From UHGV virus genome UHGV-1722906: a DNA stretch of 19,959 nt, one strand, 5' to 3'. Shown piece after piece: positions 16,374 to 19,959 of the stretch. Both the position numbers and the translations under genes were made by a program. Origin of the DNA: a virus. Numbering within the stretch: position 1 is the stretch's first letter; every line of letters begins with the position of its first letter. Under the pieces are notes generated by a model. That model saw nothing but the letters and a program-made list of their open reading frames with translations. It was not told the DNA's origin and ran no database searches.

Positions 16374-18986
16374 TTAAACGCTCGCTACATTATACCAGGT
16401 GCCATTTATATACTTTTGAATCGGTCTGTAATAAACACCCGCAATATTATCGGCAGAATTGGAACCTGTATCCTGAACATTAATACCAGACAATACATGA
16501 CCTGACGGGCACTGGAAATTCCATGTTTGCCAGTTGTTTACACCATAATATTGCTGTGAGCCAAGCCGAACATCCTTTACATATCGGGAATCAATGTTAC
16601 CCCAATTGCTTGGTTGTATCTGACCGTTTACAGCAAATATCACCGAGTTATCTGTATTCCGCTGACTATAGAAATGCCAGCCTGAATCATCACCAAGCTC
16701 TGCAACAGTTGGTCTTGACGAATTTCCCCACAAGTTAAATGATGCATTACGGGCAGAGTTATTTGCACTTGCAAGAGTGAATAACTTACTTTCCCCAGCT
16801 TGAATACCCTTTAATGATATTGCTGAACCATTTCTAAAGCGGAATACATGCACACCATTAGCATAAGCATCCAGCACCCCATCACCATTTTGTTTAAACC
16901 CGGTATCGTTATCTCCTAAAACTATTGAATTGCCACCCAGGGCATTAGCCGTTCCAATCCCCAGATTTCCGCTAAAAATGGCATTAATACCGAATATTGA
17001 GTGAGAACAATAAAACCCTCGTCCATTGTTAAAATCCAGAATGGTCTGTACATTTGTGCTTTCTGTCGCGGGATTAGTTGCCCCCCACTTATATCTTGTT
17101 TGATCGATAGTATAATCCTGTGTTGGAACAATAACAGTTAGTCCTTCTTCAGCAAGAATCCGCACAGGAAAAGCCCTGCCTTCAATGTAAAAAACGCTGC
17201 ATACATCATCTTCTTTCATGCTTGTAACGATAGAATGGATTGCGCGTTCATTAGACTGATACGTCGAAAAATAACCTGCCGCATATGAACCACGATCAGT
17301 CCAGCCACCAGGCATTACCATTCCATTGAATTCGCAGTTATTCATTGCGTAATCACCACTGGCAGATGTGGTCGTTATAATCACTCTGGAAGCCAGCTCG
17401 CCAGTGCTGCCTGTGGAACGCCGGAAAATAACTGGATACCACTTTCCACCAACTGCATTAGACGGCGCATTAAATGCGTACTGCCGCATTCCTTTTTTCT
17501 TATCCACCTCGCCTTTGCTGTAAACATTAATGTTACTCAGGAAGCGACCCTTATCAGGAATATCCGCGCCGTTCTGGTTTTTTTGTAATGCGCCAGAAGC
17601 CTGATTTACCGTTTCCTGCAAACCGAGGTATTCGATAACGGCGGCAACGGTCGATTTCGCAAGAATATCCCGCCCGACTTTTGTCAGAGTTGCCAGGCTG
17701 GCGACATCATTCCCCGTAAAATACGGAAACCTGTCTGCCGCAGTGGCAAGCCCGGCCAGTGCGCTCAGCGTGTTGTCTTTCGGTTGCTTACCCGCAAGCG
17801 CGTTAGTCATGGTGGTCGCAAAATTCGGGTCGTTGCCCAACGCCGCAGCCAGCTCGTTCAGCGTATTCAGTGCGTCAGGCGACGAGTCCACGAGGGCAGC
17901 GATCGCAGCCATAACATAAGCCGTGCTTGCGATCTGAGTATTGTTAGTACCTTTTGGCGCAGTTGGTGTTGTTGGTGTTCCGGTCAGCGCCGGACTGTTC
18001 AGGGGCGCTTTCTTGTTCGTTTCATCCATTACCACCTTTACAGCTTTCGATGTCGCGGCCAGTGTTTCAGACGTGCTGTTGGTGGCACTACTGAGCTGAG
18101 TTATTCCCCTTACAGTCAGTGAAGCTACAGGCACATTTGTTATCTGCGCCCACGAATGCGTGTGATTGGACGGAGCCTTTCCGGCCGCAAGATCATACGC
18201 TGCCTTAACAGCCTTTGGTGTTGCTGCCAGCGTTTCAGACGTGCTGTTGGTGGCACTACTGAGCTGAACAATCCCTTTTCGCGCTGTGGTAGCGTCCTGT
18301 GCGGTGTATTTAGCGTTAGCCAGGTCATATGCTGCCTTAACAGCCTTAGGCGTCGCAGCAAGCATTTCAGACGTGCTATTGGTGGCGCTGCTAAGTTGAA
18401 CAAAGCCTTTTGAGGTTAAAGTTGCATCAGGATGATTACGTGATTGCTCATGTTTCACAATGGCTTGCTTAAGCCGCTTTGCTGAAACAGCAAGGGAATC
18501 ATCTGTACCTGCATCAATTTCTTGTTCATTAGCAAATCTTGCCACCCCAACAACAGTTTCGGTCGCGGGAGGATTAATAAACTCAATATCACCAAATGTA
18601 ATATTTTTAGTATCAAGAGTTTTAATTGCTATATCACTTGATATTAAAGCGATAGTAGATGATGCTTTATTTATTATTGCTTGTTCTTGTGAGTATACAG
18701 CAAACAACGTACCCTTATTCGTATACAATCCTATTGTATGGACAACATACTCATCTTTACTATCATCCTTCGCTGTTACATGAATTGTATCAGGGGAAAC
18801 AACTTTGCCACCTATTGTGGTAAGTCGTTTTATTTCGTTTGTTATATTTGTTTGTGAAGTTGACGTGACATAATATCTACTACCTAAACCAACAGAAACA
18901 ATCTCAACTTTATTTGTTCCTGTTTTGTTGGCATTAACCAGCTCCTGACGCCCGGCGTCAGTCATCGTAAATAATAATTTACTCAC
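16374..18986 (-). CDS. Side tail-fibre protein (constant N-terminal part plus currently expressed variable C-terminal part)
   Basis: 870-aa ORF with three copies of the repeat [11 protein letters not shown][TM]LAAT[PS]KAVK and C-terminal motif [13 protein letters not shown]. Contains crossover site R at residues 448-458. Confidence 0.9.
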   Translation of the reverse strand: MSKLLFTMTDAGRQELVNANKTGTNKVEIVSVGLGSRYYVTSTSQTNITNEIKRLTTIGGKVVSPDTIHVTAKDDSKDEYVVHTIGLYTNKGTLFAVYSQEQAIINKASSTIALISSDIAIKTLDTKNITFGDIEFINPPATETVVGVARFANEQEIDAGTDDSLAVSAKRLKQAIVKHEQSRNHPDATLTSKGFVQLSSATNSTSEMLAATPKAVKAAYDLANAKYTAQDATTARKGIVQLSSATNSTSETLAATPKAVKAAYDLAAGKAPSNHTHSWAQITNVPVASLTVRGITQLSSATNSTSETLAATSKAVKVVMDETNKKAPLNSPALTGTPTTPTAPKGTNNTQIASTAYVMAAIAALVDSSPDALNTLNELAAALGNDPNFATTMTNALAGKQPKDNTLSALAGLATAADRFPYFTGNDVASLATLTKVGRDILAKSTVAAVIEYLGLQETVNQASGALQKNQNGADIPDKGRFLSNINVYSKGEVDKKKGMRQYAFNAPSNAVGGKWYPVIFRRSTGSTGELASRVIITTTSASGDYAMNNCEFNGMVMPGGWTDRGSYAAGYFSTYQSNERAIHSIVTSMKEDDVCSVFYIEGRAFPVRILAEEGLTVIVPTQDYTIDQTRYKWGATNPATESTNVQTILDFNNGRGFYCSHSIFGINAIFSGNLGIGTANALGGNSIVLGDNDTGFKQNGDGVLDAYANGVHVFRFRNGSAISLKGIQAGESKLFTLASANNSARNASFNLWGNSSRPTVAELGDDSGWHFYSQRNTDNSVIFAVNGQIQPSNWGNIDSRYVKDVRLGSQQYYGVNNWQTWNFQCPSGHVLSGINVQDTGSNSADNIAGVYYRPIQKYINGTWYNVASV
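17613..17638. other. Right crossover site R inside the tail-fibre gene (constant/variable junction)
   Basis: TTCCTGCAAACC-GA-GGTATTCGATAA on the plus strand, closely matching the Mu gix consensus as I recall it. Encodes [11 protein letters not shown] at tail-fibre residues 448-458; inverted relative to sites A and B. Confidence 0.7.
18029..18400. repeat. Three tandem intragenic repeats (about 130 bp each) encoding the tail-fibre repeat motif
   Basis: Near-identical stretches containing GTTTCAGACGTGCTGTTGGTGGCACTACTGAGCTGA recur three times, corresponding to tail-fibre residues about 197-320. Confidence 0.6.
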
Positions 18987-19016
18987 GCTTAATTCCTTGA
19001 ATAAACAAATTGCGAA

Positions 19017-19590
19017 TTAGCACTCGCCAATTAATCGTATATAAGACACAGGCTGACAAGCACCAACAATACCGACACCACCAGAAACATCGGCAGCTTG
19101 CGAAAATGTAAATAATGTTCTTGCCGACTTTGCGCTCTTGATACTTCTTAACGTATCTTCCAGCATCTCTTTCGAAGGAACGGCACCATCAAAAGAGTTA
19201 ATCGAAGCAACAATTGAGGCCGTATATGGTTCGCCAGGTGGTGATGTTTCAAACCATTCTGTTATGTTTACCTCTCCACCCAAGCTATTTACTACATCTT
19301 CAACCGCTGCCCTTGTACCCTTTATTCGCTTTGTTCGTATTATTGATTTAAAAACAGAACGATACAGGCCAACTATCCCTCCATGTATCAGCATTCCATT
19401 GCCAAGCTAAATGATCGAGAACAACTGAGTCCAGGTTATCAACAACGCTATATATTTCTGTCTTATATATTAAATTGTTAATTGCTTGTAGTTCATCATC
19501 AATAGCTTTCGACATAGCTATCACGTTGGGATCTCTAGCTAAGTTAGGAGGTAAAACATCCAACAAGCTAACATTAAAGATATCAGCCAT
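19017..19590 (-). pseudogene. Tail protein I-like (P2 gpI / e14 YmfQ family) split by an apparent frameshift
   Basis: Two overlapping track ORFs (19348..19590 and 19017..19394) are colinear with a single P2 gpI-type protein: the first ends ...LAWQWNADTWRDSWP and the second carries ...KRIKGTRAAVEDVVNSLGGEVNITEWFETSPPG, like P2 gpI VNVTEWWENSDPPG. The frame change lies near 19350-19390, next to an A5/T5 run. Confidence 0.55.
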
Positions 19591-19959
19591 CCTCTAACCC
19601 CGCATACTGGCAATTTATATTTCTCTCTCTGGCGACCTGCGTCTCTCCAACTACAGTAAATACAGGACTTGATATTTCTAATCTTTTAGCCCCGGCATTT
19701 TTTAAACGTTGAATAATTTCATCTGGATTTATATCTCTTCCCATAACCGAACGTTGCCATTGTTTATACTCATCAAGAGCTTTCTCAACCTCACTTTGAA
19801 TTAACGTTGTTCTGTTTTTGTCCGATGAGTTAATCCAGTATTTAATTATTATATCGTATTCAATGCTCTCTGGTTTCTTAACAAGAACTTTATCTGTGAA
19901 TGGTCGAATATTAGTTGCAGAGAGAACGCTATTTATCTGCTCTAATAGTTCATCAGAAG
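19583..19959 (-). CDS. Baseplate protein J-like, C-terminal part (partial; gene runs past the window end)
   Basis: Minus-strand frame open from the window edge to a TGA that overlaps the gpI-like start. My translation ends ...EIIQRLKNAGAKRLEISSPVFTVVGETQVARERNINCQYAGLEDG. Position upstream of gpI-like and the tail fibre matches P2/e14 order; assignment is by synteny. Confidence 0.45.
   Translation of the reverse strand, partial: SDELLEQINSVLSATNIRPFTDKVLVKKPESIEYDIIIKYWINSSDKNRTTLIQSEVEKALDEYKQWQRSVMGRDINPDEIIQRLKNAGAKRLEISSPVFTVVGETQVARERNINCQYAGLEDG

Larger units (their letters stand above)
14559..17638. mobile_element. Invertible tail-fibre segment (about 3.1 kb, Mu G / e14 P-segment-like)
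   Basis: Bounded by inverted sites B and R. Contains the expressed variable tail-fibre part plus tfa on the minus strand and a silent alternative cassette plus tfa' on the plus strand, with the invertase gene adjacent outside. Confidence 0.7.

Noticed and set aside
17784-18413. Arg-rich ORFs on both strands (17784..18122, 18140..18403, 18156..18413)
   Set aside because: Alternative frames of the tail-fibre repeat region; composition bias typical of out-of-frame reads.
1-19959. CRISPR array, integrase, transposase or IS element
   Set aside because: No regularly spaced direct repeats, and no tyrosine-recombinase or transposase-like ORF on either strand; the only recombinase is the serine invertase.

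Overview
The window reads as a mosaic phage-like element transcribed almost entirely on the minus strand, most likely a phage-plasmid or a prophage that has captured a plasmid replicon. Calls rest on reading the supplied six-frame translations and the sequence, and on family resemblance recalled from memory; no database search was run. Hand-counted coordinates of non-ORF features may be off by 1-2 nt. Modules, left to right: (1) 1-4540, lambda-type head and packaging genes (partial ClpP/S49-like protease, portal, gpW-like, large and small terminase). (2) 4531-8411, two paralogous ParB-like nuclease-domain genes bracketing a ParB-methyltransferase fusion and an unknown 239-aa gene, the last ParB gene overlapping the terS start. 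(3) 8646-12101, an accessory island of small uncharacterised genes with their own terminators, a HigB/HigA-like toxin-antitoxin pair and an HTH-protein pair. (4) 12480-13702, an IncFII-like plasmid replicon (oriR candidate with a DnaA box, repA, CopA-like antisense RNA candidate). (5) 13891-19959, an e14/Mu-type tail-fibre inversion switch (pin invertase, three gix-like 26-bp sites, silent Sv' and tfa' cassettes), side tail fibre with tandem repeats, a frameshifted P2 gpI-like gene and a partial gpJ-like gene. No rRNA, tRNA, CRISPR array, integrase or transposase was seen.
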